Below are positions 41,614 through 50,333 of a stretch of 64,000 nt of DNA, piece by piece. A program made the position numbers and the translations under genes. The DNA lies in NCBI GenBank assembly GCA_044356305.1, contig JBIKWM010000001.1:259509-323508 (forward strand), given 5' to 3'. Every line of letters starts with the position of its first letter. Within the stretch, counting starts at the first letter, position 1. The DNA comes from Flavobacteriales bacterium. GTDB taxonomy: Bacteria; Bacteroidota; Bacteroidia; UBA10329. The notes beneath the pieces were generated by a model, which was not told the DNA's origin, ran no database searches, and worked only from the letters and a program-made list of their open reading frames with translations.

Positions 41614-42521
41614 TGAAGGCCCTCTGGCTGCTGCGCCTGGCACGTCCAGCCAACGTGCTGATGCTGGGCCTTATCCATTACCTGCTGTATGCATATGTGG
41701 TGCAGCCCGTGTCGCTGGTGGTCGATATGCACGCGTGCCTCACGCCCGATGAGTGGCTGTGGATGAGTCTCGCCTGCATGTTGGTGGCCGCAGGCGGCAA
41801 TGTGCTCAACGACCTCTGCGATCAGGACACCGATGTCTACAACCGGCCGGAAAAAGTCATTGTGGGCGAGCATGTCTCTGAACGGGCCGCATGGATGCTT
41901 TATGGGGCTCTCACTGTTTTGGGCATCGGCCTTGCACTGTGGGGCAGTGTGCGCCTAGGCCGATGGCAGTTGGCATCGGTGTATGTGCTGAGTGCCGGGG
42001 CGCTGTGGTTCTATTCCAAGGCGTATAAGCGGATGCTGATAGTCGGCAATCTGGTGGTGGCGTTCCTCGCTTTCATGGCCGTCATCCTGCCCAGCATCAT
42101 TGAGCAGGCGTGCACTGCGTTCAGGCCCGATGCCATGCCATGGACCATGTTCATTTCGGGCTATGCCATCTTCGCATTTCTCACCACCCTGGTAAGGGAG
42201 GTGATCAAGGACCTTGAGGATGCCTATGGCGATGGCATGACCGGCTGCCGCACCCTGCCCGTGGTGTATGGTGCCAATGTGGCCAAGGGCGTGGCCGTAG
42301 GCATCACGTTGCTGATCATGGGCCTGCTATGGCCGGTGATGAACTACCCCGAAGGGTATGACTGGTACTGGTATCTCATGCTGGCCGTGCAGGTGCCATC
42401 GGTGGGTCTTATCTGGCTCATCATCAAAGCCCAGGAACCCAAGGACTACAACCGCGCGAGCCTGCTCTCAAAGGTCATCATGCTCATGGGCGTGCTGAGT
42501 ATGCTGGTGCTTTCCATGTAA
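41613..42521 (+). CDS. UbiA-family prenyltransferase
   Basis: Polytopic membrane protein with NDLCDQDTD (NDxxDxxxD). The ATG at 41613 overlaps the upstream stop (TGATG). Confidence 0.8.
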   Translation: MKALWLLRLARPANVLMLGLIHYLLYAYVVQPVSLVVDMHACLTPDEWLWMSLACMLVAAGGNVLNDLCDQDTDVYNRPEKVIVGEHVSERAAWMLYGALTVLGIGLALWGSVRLGRWQLASVYVLSAGALWFYSKAYKRMLIVGNLVVAFLAFMAVILPSIIEQACTAFRPDAMPWTMFISGYAIFAFLTTLVREVIKDLEDAYGDGMTGCRTLPVVYGANVAKGVAVGITLLIMGLLWPVMNYPEGYDWYWYLMLAVQVPSVGLIWLIIKAQEPKDYNRASLLSKVIMLMGVLSMLVLSM

Positions 42522-42549
42522 TTCAGGCCATACAGGAAATTGTGCCCAT

Positions 42550-43134
42550 ATGATTGATCTGAAGCACCACCGCCTCACCCTCGCCTCGGCCTCTCCGCGC
42601 AGGAAGTGGCTGATGTCTGAACTGGGCCTTCCCTTTGATGTGGAGGTGCGCAGCGTGGACGAGGTGTTCCCTCCCGGACTGCAGCGCGAGCAGATCCCCC
42701 TGCATCTGGCCGCTCTGAAGTCGGCCGCGTTCGCTGACGATGAGCTGCAGGGCCGTATCCTCCTCACGGCCGACACCATAGTGTGGCACAATGGCCGCGA
42801 GCTGGGCAAGCCCCGCGACCTTGACCATGCCCGCGAGATGTTGTTCGAACTCTCGGGCAGCACGCACGAGGTGTATACCGCCATCAGGCTCAGATCAGCG
42901 GGCCACACGGTAGATGACTCGGACCTGAGCCGTGTGACATTCCGCCCGTTGAGCCATGACGAGGTGGAGCATTACGTGACCCATTACCGACCGTTGGACA
43001 AGGCCGGGTCCTACGGCATTCAGGAGTGGATAGGCTACGTGGGCATTGAGCGGATAGAAGGATGCTATTTCAATGTGATGGGCCTGCCTCTGCGCAAAGT
43101 GTGGGGTGGTATTAAAGTTCTATTGAATGGCTGA
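42550..43134 (+). CDS. maf: Maf-family nucleoside triphosphate pyrophosphatase
   Basis: LASASPRRKWLM, DTIV and KAGSYGIQ motifs. Confidence 0.85.
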   Translation: MIDLKHHRLTLASASPRRKWLMSELGLPFDVEVRSVDEVFPPGLQREQIPLHLAALKSAAFADDELQGRILLTADTIVWHNGRELGKPRDLDHAREMLFELSGSTHEVYTAIRLRSAGHTVDDSDLSRVTFRPLSHDEVEHYVTHYRPLDKAGSYGIQEWIGYVGIERIEGCYFNVMGLPLRKVWGGIKVLLNG

Positions 43135-43152
43135 AAACTCAGACTAATTTAA

Positions 43153-43183
43153 TTGAAGGCCCGTTAGCGGTCGGGTAATTTTG
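43153..43183 (+). promoter_or_regulatory. Bacteroidota-type promoter candidate (TTG-N20-TAATTTTG)
   Basis: TTG lies at 43153-43155 and TAATTTTG at 43176-43183, just upstream of the OmpA-like gene. Confidence 0.4.
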
Positions 43184-43194
43184 CCGCAACTAAA

Positions 43195-44055
43195 ATGACA
43201 GAGCAAATGAAGAAGCTGATGTTGATGGCCCTGCCCGTGGCCATTTCACTGACCTCCTGTGTATCGTCAAAAAAGTTCAAGGGGCTGGAGGGTGAGTTCA
43301 ATGCCATGAAGGACCGGGCCGAGAAGTGCGATTTTGACCTGGCCCGCGCACAGCGCGAGCTCGATGCCTGCCAGCGCGACCTGAAGAAGAACAACGATGA
43401 GCTGACCTACCTCCGCTCGCAGAACGACCGCCTGGTCGATAATCTGGGCAAGATGGCCACCCTCTCGCACAAGGAGGCCGTTAATCTGGAGAAGAGCCTT
43501 GAGAGCATCAAGGAAAAGGAAATGCGCATAACATCGCTGCAGCAGGCCATGAACCGCAAGGACTCAATCACCTTCGCCCTGGTGAGCAGCCTCAAGGGCG
43601 CCATAGGTAACATGGCCGATGAGGACATCCAGATCAGTGTCGATAAGGGCGTTGTCTTTGTCAATCTGAGCGACAAGTTCCTGTTCCGCAGCGGCAGTTA
43701 CGAGATAAACGCCAAGGCCAACGAGGTGCTGGGCAAGGTGGCCAAGATCGTGGAGGCCAAGCCCGACTTTGAGGTGCTGGTGGAGGGCCACACCGACAAT
43801 GTGCCTTACGCCAACGGATTGCTTGTCGATAACTGGGACCTGAGCGTGAAACGTGCCACCGCCCTGGTGCGCACCCTGCAAAAGGAATACAACATTGCCC
43901 CATCGCGCATGACCGCGGCCGGCCGTGGCGAGTATGTGCCGGTTGACGACAACAGCAATCCTGCGGGCCGCGCGGCCAACCGCAGGACCCGCATCCTCAT
44001 CATGCCCAAGCTCGATCAGTTCTTCGGAATGATTGAGGCTGAGCTGAAGAAGTGA
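43195..44055 (+). CDS. OmpA/MotB-domain lipoprotein with coiled-coil region
   Basis: Lipobox LTSC and an OmpA-like C-terminus (VEGHTDNVPY...NWDLSVKRA...NRRTRI). The start may be ATG 43207. Confidence 0.85.
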   Translation: MTEQMKKLMLMALPVAISLTSCVSSKKFKGLEGEFNAMKDRAEKCDFDLARAQRELDACQRDLKKNNDELTYLRSQNDRLVDNLGKMATLSHKEAVNLEKSLESIKEKEMRITSLQQAMNRKDSITFALVSSLKGAIGNMADEDIQISVDKGVVFVNLSDKFLFRSGSYEINAKANEVLGKVAKIVEAKPDFEVLVEGHTDNVPYANGLLVDNWDLSVKRATALVRTLQKEYNIAPSRMTAAGRGEYVPVDDNSNPAGRAANRRTRILIMPKLDQFFGMIEAELKK

Positions 44056-44088
44056 CAGCGTTCTGCGTCAACGCTAAAGCGATAAGGA

Positions 44089-44121
44089 GACCCCGGCCAT
44101 TTCGGTCGGGGTCTTTTTTTT
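44089..44121 (+). terminator. rho-independent terminator
   Basis: GACCCCG...CGGGGTC stem followed by T8. Confidence 0.75.
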
Positions 44122-44190
44122 GGTCAATACTGAACCGAAGACGCTGGCAATGGATTCACTTACCGTCTCAGTTGGACATTCAGACGGCCA

Positions 44191-45129
44191 TCACATGGTG
44201 CCCACCTGCACCACCACCCCGCGGTGATCGGAGCCCGGGATGTGGAACGACCCGAAACCGCACGACCGAAGCTGGGTGGTGGCGATATGGTCGATGGGGA
44301 TGAGCGGCAGGCGCAGATCGAGCGGGTAGGTGGGATGGAAACCGTTCCGGGTGTCGGTCAACTTGGATCTTGATAGGAAACGCTGATACGTGGGGTCCCA
44401 CGGCACAATGTTCAGGTCGCCCAGCACAATGACAGGATAGAGCTCGTTGCGGATGCTCACGGCCAGCGAGTCGAGCATCTGGTCGCGCTGAGCGGTCTCG
44501 TCCGGGAACACCGGGGGCCTTGTGTGCACCGAATAGACCACCACCTTACCGATGGGCGTCACGGCCACGGCCCGCAGCGTGGGAGCATCGCCCCAGTGAT
44601 AGACCTCGGCCGATTGCAGCCGGTGCCTTGACCAGATGCCAAGGCCGTAGCAGCACGTATCGTCAGACAGCACATGGCTGAAGGGCCATGCCGAATCCAA
44701 GAGGCTGTCGGCCACGTGCATCCAGGCCGAGTTGAGCTCCTGAACAGAGAGGAAATCGGCATCGGCCCTGGCGAGCAGGGCGACCGCCTCTGGCCATTCG
44801 GGGTTGTCGTGCCAGAGGTTGGCCTGCACGGCCGTGAGCTGCGGCCCAGTGGGGCACACCGACTCATCGGCCTGAAAAGGCATGAACCGCACCTGCTGCT
44901 GCCCATGCCACGCCACGGGCACTATGAGCAGCGCGGCCCACACCCAATGGGTGTACCAGAAGGCCACCACCACCAGCAGCAGGGCCAGGCCCATCCACTG
45001 CACCAGCAGGGCGCGGGCCAGCTCGAGCAGGTAAGGCAGGTCGGGGATCAGGAACAGCCAGAGCAGACCGGTAAGGGCCACGCAGGCCGCACGTACAACG
45101 GTCTCAGCATCGAATCGGAGGGTGGGCAT
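44191..45129 (-). CDS. membrane-anchored endonuclease/exonuclease/phosphatase family protein
   Basis: N-terminal TM helices, LSVQELN, GDLN and the terminal GSDHRGV. The start could be 45129 or 45186. Confidence 0.75.
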   Translation of the reverse strand: MPTLRFDAETVVRAACVALTGLLWLFLIPDLPYLLELARALLVQWMGLALLLVVVAFWYTHWVWAALLIVPVAWHGQQQVRFMPFQADESVCPTGPQLTAVQANLWHDNPEWPEAVALLARADADFLSVQELNSAWMHVADSLLDSAWPFSHVLSDDTCCYGLGIWSRHRLQSAEVYHWGDAPTLRAVAVTPIGKVVVYSVHTRPPVFPDETAQRDQMLDSLAVSIRNELYPVIVLGDLNIVPWDPTYQRFLSRSKLTDTRNGFHPTYPLDLRLPLIPIDHIATTQLRSCGFGSFHIPGSDHRGVVVQVGTM

Positions 45130-45209
45130 GAGCGTGGGCGCGAAGGTATCGGTACCCGATGCACCGATGGAGTGCCCGACTATCACAACCTGCCCCCGTC
45201 CTTTGCACC

Positions 45210-46151
45210 ATGCATCTGGCCGCTGACCACCGCATTGAGCACGCCCGCCTTATCAAGGCCGAGGCCGCACGGCTCGGGTTCCTGTTCTGTGGCATATCGG
45301 AGGCCGGTTTCCTGGAAGAGGAGGCCCCGAGGCTTGAACGGTGGCTGAAAGGGCAGATGCACGGCCAGATGGGCTACATGGCCGACCACTTTGACAAGCG
45401 CCTCGACCCGCGCCTGCTGGTGCCGGGGGCCAAGAGCATCATCACGGTACTGCTCAACTATTACCCCGAAAAGACCCAGACCGACCCTGGGGCCCCGCGC
45501 ATATCGAAGTATGCCTATGGCGAGGATTACCATTTTGTGATAAAGGACAGGCTGCGCGAGCTGGCGGATTTTATCAGGCAGAACATAGGCGCGGTGGACG
45601 GCCGTGCCTTTGTGGACAGCGCCCCCGTGATGGACAAGGCCTGGGCCGTGCGCAGCGGGGCGGGGTGGATGGGCAAGAACACCAACCTCATCCGGCCGAG
45701 GGTGGGTTCGTTCTTTTTTATCGGTGAATTGATACTCGACCTGCCCCTTGCGCCCGATGGCCCCATGGCCGACCACTGCGGCACCTGCACCGCCTGCATC
45801 GATGCCTGCCCCACCGAGGCCATAACCGAGCCGTATGTGGTGGACGGATCGAAGTGCATCTCGTACTTCACCATTGAGCTGAAGGGCAGCATACCCGAAG
45901 GGAATGAGAAGAGATTCGGTGACTGGGCCTTCGGGTGCGACATATGCCAGGACGTGTGCCCGTGGAACCGATTTGCCACCCCGCATGCCGAGCCCCGATT
46001 CAACCCGCATGCGAAACTGCTGGACATGAAGGAGGCCGATTGGCGCGACATCAGCGAGGAGGTTTTCCGCGAGGTGTTCAGGCGCAGCGCGGTGAAACGG
46101 ACCAGGTACGAGGGCCTGAGGCGGAATCTGAGATACATCGGCAAGGCGTGA
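45210..46151 (+). CDS. queG: epoxyqueuosine reductase
   Basis: Two 4Fe-4S motifs ([12 protein letters not shown] and [11 protein letters not shown]) and the QueG-type N-terminus. The start is taken at the internal ATG 45210. Confidence 0.85.
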   Translation: MHLAADHRIEHARLIKAEAARLGFLFCGISEAGFLEEEAPRLERWLKGQMHGQMGYMADHFDKRLDPRLLVPGAKSIITVLLNYYPEKTQTDPGAPRISKYAYGEDYHFVIKDRLRELADFIRQNIGAVDGRAFVDSAPVMDKAWAVRSGAGWMGKNTNLIRPRVGSFFFIGELILDLPLAPDGPMADHCGTCTACIDACPTEAITEPYVVDGSKCISYFTIELKGSIPEGNEKRFGDWAFGCDICQDVCPWNRFATPHAEPRFNPHAKLLDMKEADWRDISEEVFREVFRRSAVKRTRYEGLRRNLRYIGKA

Positions 46152-47149
46152 ATGCCGCTGTGGACGTGCTGCTGCCATTCCATGCCGAATGCCCCGGCCT
46201 GGATGCGGCCATTGCCAGCATCGTGGGGCAGACGTATGCCGACTGGCGCCTGATACTGATAGACAACAATGCCGCACCCACGGCCAATAAGGTGGCCGTC
46301 AGGTGGGCCCATGCCGATGCCCGCATACACCTCATCCATGAGCAGGAACAGGGCATAGCCCACGCCCTGAACGCGGGTCTGCGTAATGTGACAGCCCCGC
46401 TGGTGGCGCGCATGGACAGCGATGACCTGTGCCACCCCGAGCGGTTCGCGCAACAGGTGGCGCTGCTCGGTGCCGATGCTACCCTGGGCGCGGTGGCCTG
46501 CCGCGTAGGGCTCACATCCACCCTGCCCGACCACTCGGGCCTGCGCCATTTTGTAGATTGGCAGAACAGTGTGATCAGCCCAGAGCAACATGCCCTGAGC
46601 CGCTTCATCGAGTCGCCCGTGGCGCATCCTGCGGTGATGTTCAGGGCCGGGCTGATACACCACCATGGGCCCTATAGCACCACAGCGGTGCCCGAGGACT
46701 ACGAGCTGTGGCTGCGCTGGATGGATGCCGGGGTGCGCATGGCCAAGGTGGACGAGGTGCTGCTGACGTGGCACGACAGCCCCGGCCGACTCACCCGCAC
46801 CCATCCCCATTATGCGCCCGCCCGTTTCCTGGATGTGAAGGGCCAGTACCTGAGCCGGTGGATGGACCGCTATGTGCCCACGCACAGAAAGGTGACGGTG
46901 TGCGGCACCTCCAAATGGGGTGTGGAGCGGGCCAGGCACCTGCAAGGCCAAGGGCTGCGCATAGATGCGTGCACCGATATACAGGGCCCGAGACAGGCCC
47001 CATTTCCATATGTACATCCTGATGATGCAGTAAGGCGCGGTGACTTCCTCCTGGGCCTTGTGGCCAAGCGCGGGGTGCGCCAAGCCATGCGCATGCACTT
47101 TGTGGCGCAGGGCCTGATAGAGGGAATTGACTTCCTGATGGCGGCCTGA
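46148..47149 (+). CDS. glycosyltransferase family 2
   Basis: [10 protein letters not shown]...LILIDNNA...RMDSDD. The likely GTG start at 46148 overlaps the queG stop. Confidence 0.7.
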   Translation: MNAAVDVLLPFHAECPGLDAAIASIVGQTYADWRLILIDNNAAPTANKVAVRWAHADARIHLIHEQEQGIAHALNAGLRNVTAPLVARMDSDDLCHPERFAQQVALLGADATLGAVACRVGLTSTLPDHSGLRHFVDWQNSVISPEQHALSRFIESPVAHPAVMFRAGLIHHHGPYSTTAVPEDYELWLRWMDAGVRMAKVDEVLLTWHDSPGRLTRTHPHYAPARFLDVKGQYLSRWMDRYVPTHRKVTVCGTSKWGVERARHLQGQGLRIDACTDIQGPRQAPFPYVHPDDAVRRGDFLLGLVAKRGVRQAMRMHFVAQGLIEGIDFLMAA

Positions 47150-47176
47150 GCGGGGTGGGTCAGGGCCGAATGCCTT

Positions 47177-48724
47177 TTATTCGATGCCCAACAGCCTATG
47201 GTGGGCCTTCTCCAAGTACAGGTCGAACATGGGACGGCCAGTGCACCTGTGCAGCAGCCACAGACAGTACTCATCGGTGCCGGGCACTCCCCTGTGTGTG
47301 CGTGCCCATTCGGCAAGTTCGGTCTGGGCCAGATGCAACTGTTGCTCCTTTTCGGCCCCGCGGGCATGTTCAGCCAATTGGGGCAACTGTGCCATGACCA
47401 GTGCGGTGAGGGCATCAGCCTTGGGGTACTGGGCCAGTTTTTTGCGCAACCGCTTCATATCCTCTGACTCCATCAGGCCCTTGTCGAAATCCATAAGTGC
47501 GATGACCAGCGTGGCCATGTACATGGCCTCTGGCCGTGACAGGCGGTGCGGCCCGTCCATGACATCGAGCAGTATGCGCCTGGCAGTGCGCCTGTCGTCC
47601 ATGAGCCATGCGTGCATACCCAGGTTGCTCTTCATGGCCATGATAAAGCTGGGGGGCAGGTGTTTCTCGAAACGTTCCAGTTCCCTCAGAAGCCGCGGCC
47701 TGTCGGCAGTGATGCCATCAAAGTCGTTGGTTTTCAACCTGTGCAGCAGGTAAGTCCTCTCGATGGCGCGGAACATATCCGCTTTCAGAGCCCCTGTATT
47801 GAGCGCTTTGTGATCGAAACGGGGCCGAAGCTCAGACCACTTCTCAGAATGGCCTAAGGTCAAGTAATAGGAGAGGGCATTGCTGACCGCACTTACATAC
47901 ACCTGTGGCATGTGCTGCACCATCTCAGGGTGGAGGTCCCATAGGCGAATGTGCTGCTCGGAGAACTTTAAGGCCAACGGCACATTGCCCAACCAGCGAT
48001 GATACATTGAAAGGAAGGTCAACCTGTATGACCGGGCCTTGAAGCTCATGTCGGTCCTTTCATCGTTGAGCAGCCGATGCTCTGACATCTCTTTGGCCCT
48101 GACCATGGCCGGGGTGCCCTCAATGGGCTGGCCGCCACGACTTATACTGAGCATCTCATCCGCCAGCATGCGCAACTCAGCCACCGCGCTCAAAGTACCT
48201 AGTGCCGCCCTGATGGCTGACCGGTTGTCCTCCTGTTCCTTCTGTGTGCCCGCTATGTCTTTCAGTACAATGCGCTCCATGTCCAAGCACTCCAGTACTA
48301 ACGTGTGGTCGCACGCATCGGTGGCCCTGCGTTGAGCCTTGTGGAACCAGTCCAGGCTCTGATGCAAATGTCCACAATGCCTAAGGAGCAAGGCTATCTC
48401 GAGTTCTCTGCGCAGTCCCCGGCCGATGGTACTCGGGTCCTCAGCCTCAATGAGCGCATCGCAAACCATTTTGAAGAGCTGATGTCGGTTCTGTGGCAAG
48501 CGCGCCCGGTATGCAAGACTCAGCCCATCGCATTGGTCTATCTGATCAGGGCCGCATCTGTACAGGTGGGATAAGAGTCTGAAATGGTCAGGGCTTGGAA
48601 CAGGCCTCTTGGTGCGCAGGGCCTTTACCATCTTGGCGTAAGTATCAGAATTGAGGCCTGATACCAGTTCGTACAAAAAAGTTGGGTCTCTGCGCATCGA
48701 ACAACGGGCCGCTATTATACGCAT
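47177..48724 (-). CDS. hypothetical all-alpha (TPR-like) protein, no NTPase or DNA-binding motif seen
   Basis: About 515 aa, helical and rich in Leu/Arg/Glu. No Walker motifs. It is the first gene of the accessory island and is divergent from the 140-aa gene. Confidence 0.6.
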   Translation of the reverse strand: MRIIAARCSMRRDPTFLYELVSGLNSDTYAKMVKALRTKRPVPSPDHFRLLSHLYRCGPDQIDQCDGLSLAYRARLPQNRHQLFKMVCDALIEAEDPSTIGRGLRRELEIALLLRHCGHLHQSLDWFHKAQRRATDACDHTLVLECLDMERIVLKDIAGTQKEQEDNRSAIRAALGTLSAVAELRMLADEMLSISRGGQPIEGTPAMVRAKEMSEHRLLNDERTDMSFKARSYRLTFLSMYHRWLGNVPLALKFSEQHIRLWDLHPEMVQHMPQVYVSAVSNALSYYLTLGHSEKWSELRPRFDHKALNTGALKADMFRAIERTYLLHRLKTNDFDGITADRPRLLRELERFEKHLPPSFIMAMKSNLGMHAWLMDDRRTARRILLDVMDGPHRLSRPEAMYMATLVIALMDFDKGLMESEDMKRLRKKLAQYPKADALTALVMAQLPQLAEHARGAEKEQQLHLAQTELAEWARTHRGVPGTDEYCLWLLHRCTGRPMFDLYLEKAHHRLLGIE

Positions 48725-48860
48725 CAATGTGCTGCTAAACAATGACTTGAAGTGAGGTGTGTAGCGAATGCAGCAGTTTTTTCATCGAACAACGGAGAAA
48801 AATTGATTTGTTCATCAATGGGCAATGTGGGACGTTTGACCTCGAAACCGAGTAACCACC

Positions 48861-49283
48861 ATGTACACATTCACAGCCACTCACAGCTACAGCCTCAGCG
48901 GGCACGTAATCTCATTTGATAAGAGCGGGATAACCGTAAAGACCACCGGGGGCACGGTGGTGGACTCGCGGACGTACGGCTCAATCTTCAACATCAAGGT
49001 GATCGGTTCCGACTTCTGTTTCGGCACCCTCACGCTCGATGCCAACATCTTCGTAAAACGGATGAACTGGGCGAAGGCCTCAACAGCCGCCTCTTTTAAC
49101 ACCTCAACAACCACCTTCATCTGGCTTGATGAAGATGATGCAGGCGGCATCGTCAGCCACACCTACAACATCAGCAGCTGCCCGCTGCGGTTCACCGCGC
49201 CTGCGAAGAACAAAGTGGATATCACCTGCCCGTGCACCACCGGCTCACCGCCCTGTGGCAACACTTGCTACGCTGCAAGCTGA
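48861..49283 (+). CDS. hypothetical beta-rich protein with Cys-rich C-terminus
   Basis: 140 aa with no signal peptide. The C-terminus is SSCPLRFTAPAKNKVDITCPCTTGSPPCGNTCYAAS. Confidence 0.55.
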   Translation: MYTFTATHSYSLSGHVISFDKSGITVKTTGGTVVDSRTYGSIFNIKVIGSDFCFGTLTLDANIFVKRMNWAKASTAASFNTSTTTFIWLDEDDAGGIVSHTYNISSCPLRFTAPAKNKVDITCPCTTGSPPCGNTCYAAS

Positions 49284-49303
49284 TACCTGACCCACGGCCC
49301 AAA

Positions 49304-49379
49304 CCCCCGCCCCGTTGACTGCCATAGACCAAATAATGGTCATATCATCCGGGACAAACAACTGCACGAGGGGCGGGGG
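49304..49379. repeat. 10-bp all-GC inverted repeat enclosing a 56-nt loop
   Basis: CCCCCGCCCC (49304-49313) pairs with GGGGCGGGGG (49370-49379). The loop holds an inner palindrome GACCAAATAATGGTC. Confidence 0.7.
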
Positions 49380-49391
49380 ACGGGCAAGTGG

Positions 49392-49489
49392 GATTGACGA
49401 TTGCTGATTGCGGATTGCGGATTGACGAGGGATGATAGCTGATTGCTCGTTGACGATTGCGGATTGACGATTGCTGATGGATGATTGAG
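49392..49489. repeat. heptanucleotide tandem array, 14 units, consensus GATTGCN
   Basis: Units stay in exact 7-nt phase from 49392: gattgac gattgct gattgcg gattgcg gattgac gagggat gatagct gattgct cgttgac gattgcg gattgac gattgct gatggat gattgag. Confidence 0.9.
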
Positions 49490-49535
49490 ACGGCAGAGGG
49501 TGAGGCAGGAGGAAAGGGCCTTTAATAGAGACGAA

Positions 49536-49564
49536 CCATACCCCGCAAGTGCGGGGATGAACAG
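49536..49564 (+). repeat. solitary type I-E-like CRISPR repeat
   Basis: CCATACCCCGCAAGTGCGGGGATGAACAG. The stem CCCCGC/GCGGGG and the 3' ATGAAC-G tail match recalled I-E repeats (E. coli GAGTTCCCCGCGCCAGCGGGGATAAACCG, and the P. aeruginosa I-E ending ...GGGGATGAACCG). No second copy occurs at CRISPR spacing. Confidence 0.5.
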
Positions 49565-49748
49565 CGGAAGCCGAAAAGCTGGGAGAGAGTAGGCGGGGAA
49601 TAAATTCAACTATTTCATGAAACTCTCAAGATTGCTTCATTCACAAGGCTATGATCTCATTGACGGTCCGGTTCGGGGCCATAAGCTATAGGCAGTCTGG
49701 CGAAAAAAGGAGACTGATGAGATTGAATACTTTGAGCACCTGACCAAA

Positions 49749-50318
49749 ATGTTCAACTCGGTTGCAAGTGCACCAGTGAGCGATAAGTCTATTGCCCTTG
49801 ATGTGAACGCCTCAAGTGTCGAGGAGTACGGTTTTGAGGTTGGAGTGACTGTGCTGGAAGGCCTGCTGAGCAGCCTGAACCTTGGAGAGCTTGGCATTAA
49901 AGCGAAGATTGGCTCGTTCAAATCTATGAGCACCAGCTATTCGAAAGCTACGGTGGATGAAGTGCCGGCAGCACGCAGTATTCAATATCTCATGCAAGCT
50001 GATCTGGCGGCATATCCACCAGCAATCCGAACTCAGCTCAACAATGACCGCTTCATCCTGATATCGGGTATTATGTATGGTGAGGGTCTTAAGGTCTCCA
50101 TTGAAACAAAGGTGGACATTAGTGCAGAGGTGATTGTTGAGCTCAATCAAATTGCTGAAGGGAAATTGAATTTCACCATGAGCACTGCAAGGAGCCTAAC
50201 CATGAATGCTGAACCTGACCAGATTGTCCCGATTGCGGTCAAGGCCCACCGCATGTTATTCAATCGAAATGAACTCAGAGACTTAAGGTTAGTCACTGAT
50301 AACAGAAATTTCTTTTAA
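49749..50318 (+). CDS. gasdermin-like (bGSDM-like) protein; frame extends upstream to ATG 49617 through an in-frame TAG at 49689
   Basis: The 189-aa ORF plus its in-frame upstream 24 codons (MKLSRLLHSQGYDLIDGPVRGHKL-TAG-AVWRKKETDEIEYFEHLTK) gives 233 codons. The N-terminal GYDLIxxP motif and the beta-rich pattern (DRFILISGIMYGEGLKVSIE; IVPIAVKAHRMLF) resemble bacterial gasdermins as I recall them. This gene is AT-richer than the patatin gene. Confidence 0.5.
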   Translation: MFNSVASAPVSDKSIALDVNASSVEEYGFEVGVTVLEGLLSSLNLGELGIKAKIGSFKSMSTSYSKATVDEVPAARSIQYLMQADLAAYPPAIRTQLNNDRFILISGIMYGEGLKVSIETKVDISAEVIVELNQIAEGKLNFTMSTARSLTMNAEPDQIVPIAVKAHRMLFNRNELRDLRLVTDNRNFF

Positions 50319-50333
50319 TCAGCTGACCCCCCC

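Noticed and set aside
45527-47098. Very long antisense ORFs. These include 523 aa at 45527..47098, 364 aa at 45183..46277, 563 aa at 56897..58588, 475 aa at 27407..28834 and 321 aa at 8094..9059. Others are 287 aa at 1627..2490, 302 aa at 21288..22196, 299 aa at 36851..37750 and 280 aa at 58655..59497.
   Set aside because: Each lies opposite a gene with unmistakable catalytic motifs. Their sequences are rich in His/Arg/Gly/Pro/Ala, as expected for shadow frames in high-GC DNA, and they contain no recognisable motifs.
49340-49609. 89-aa minus-strand ORF across the GATTGCN heptamer array.
   Set aside because: It is a translation artefact of the tandem heptamers (NPQS-type repeats), and it also runs through the CRISPR-like hairpin.
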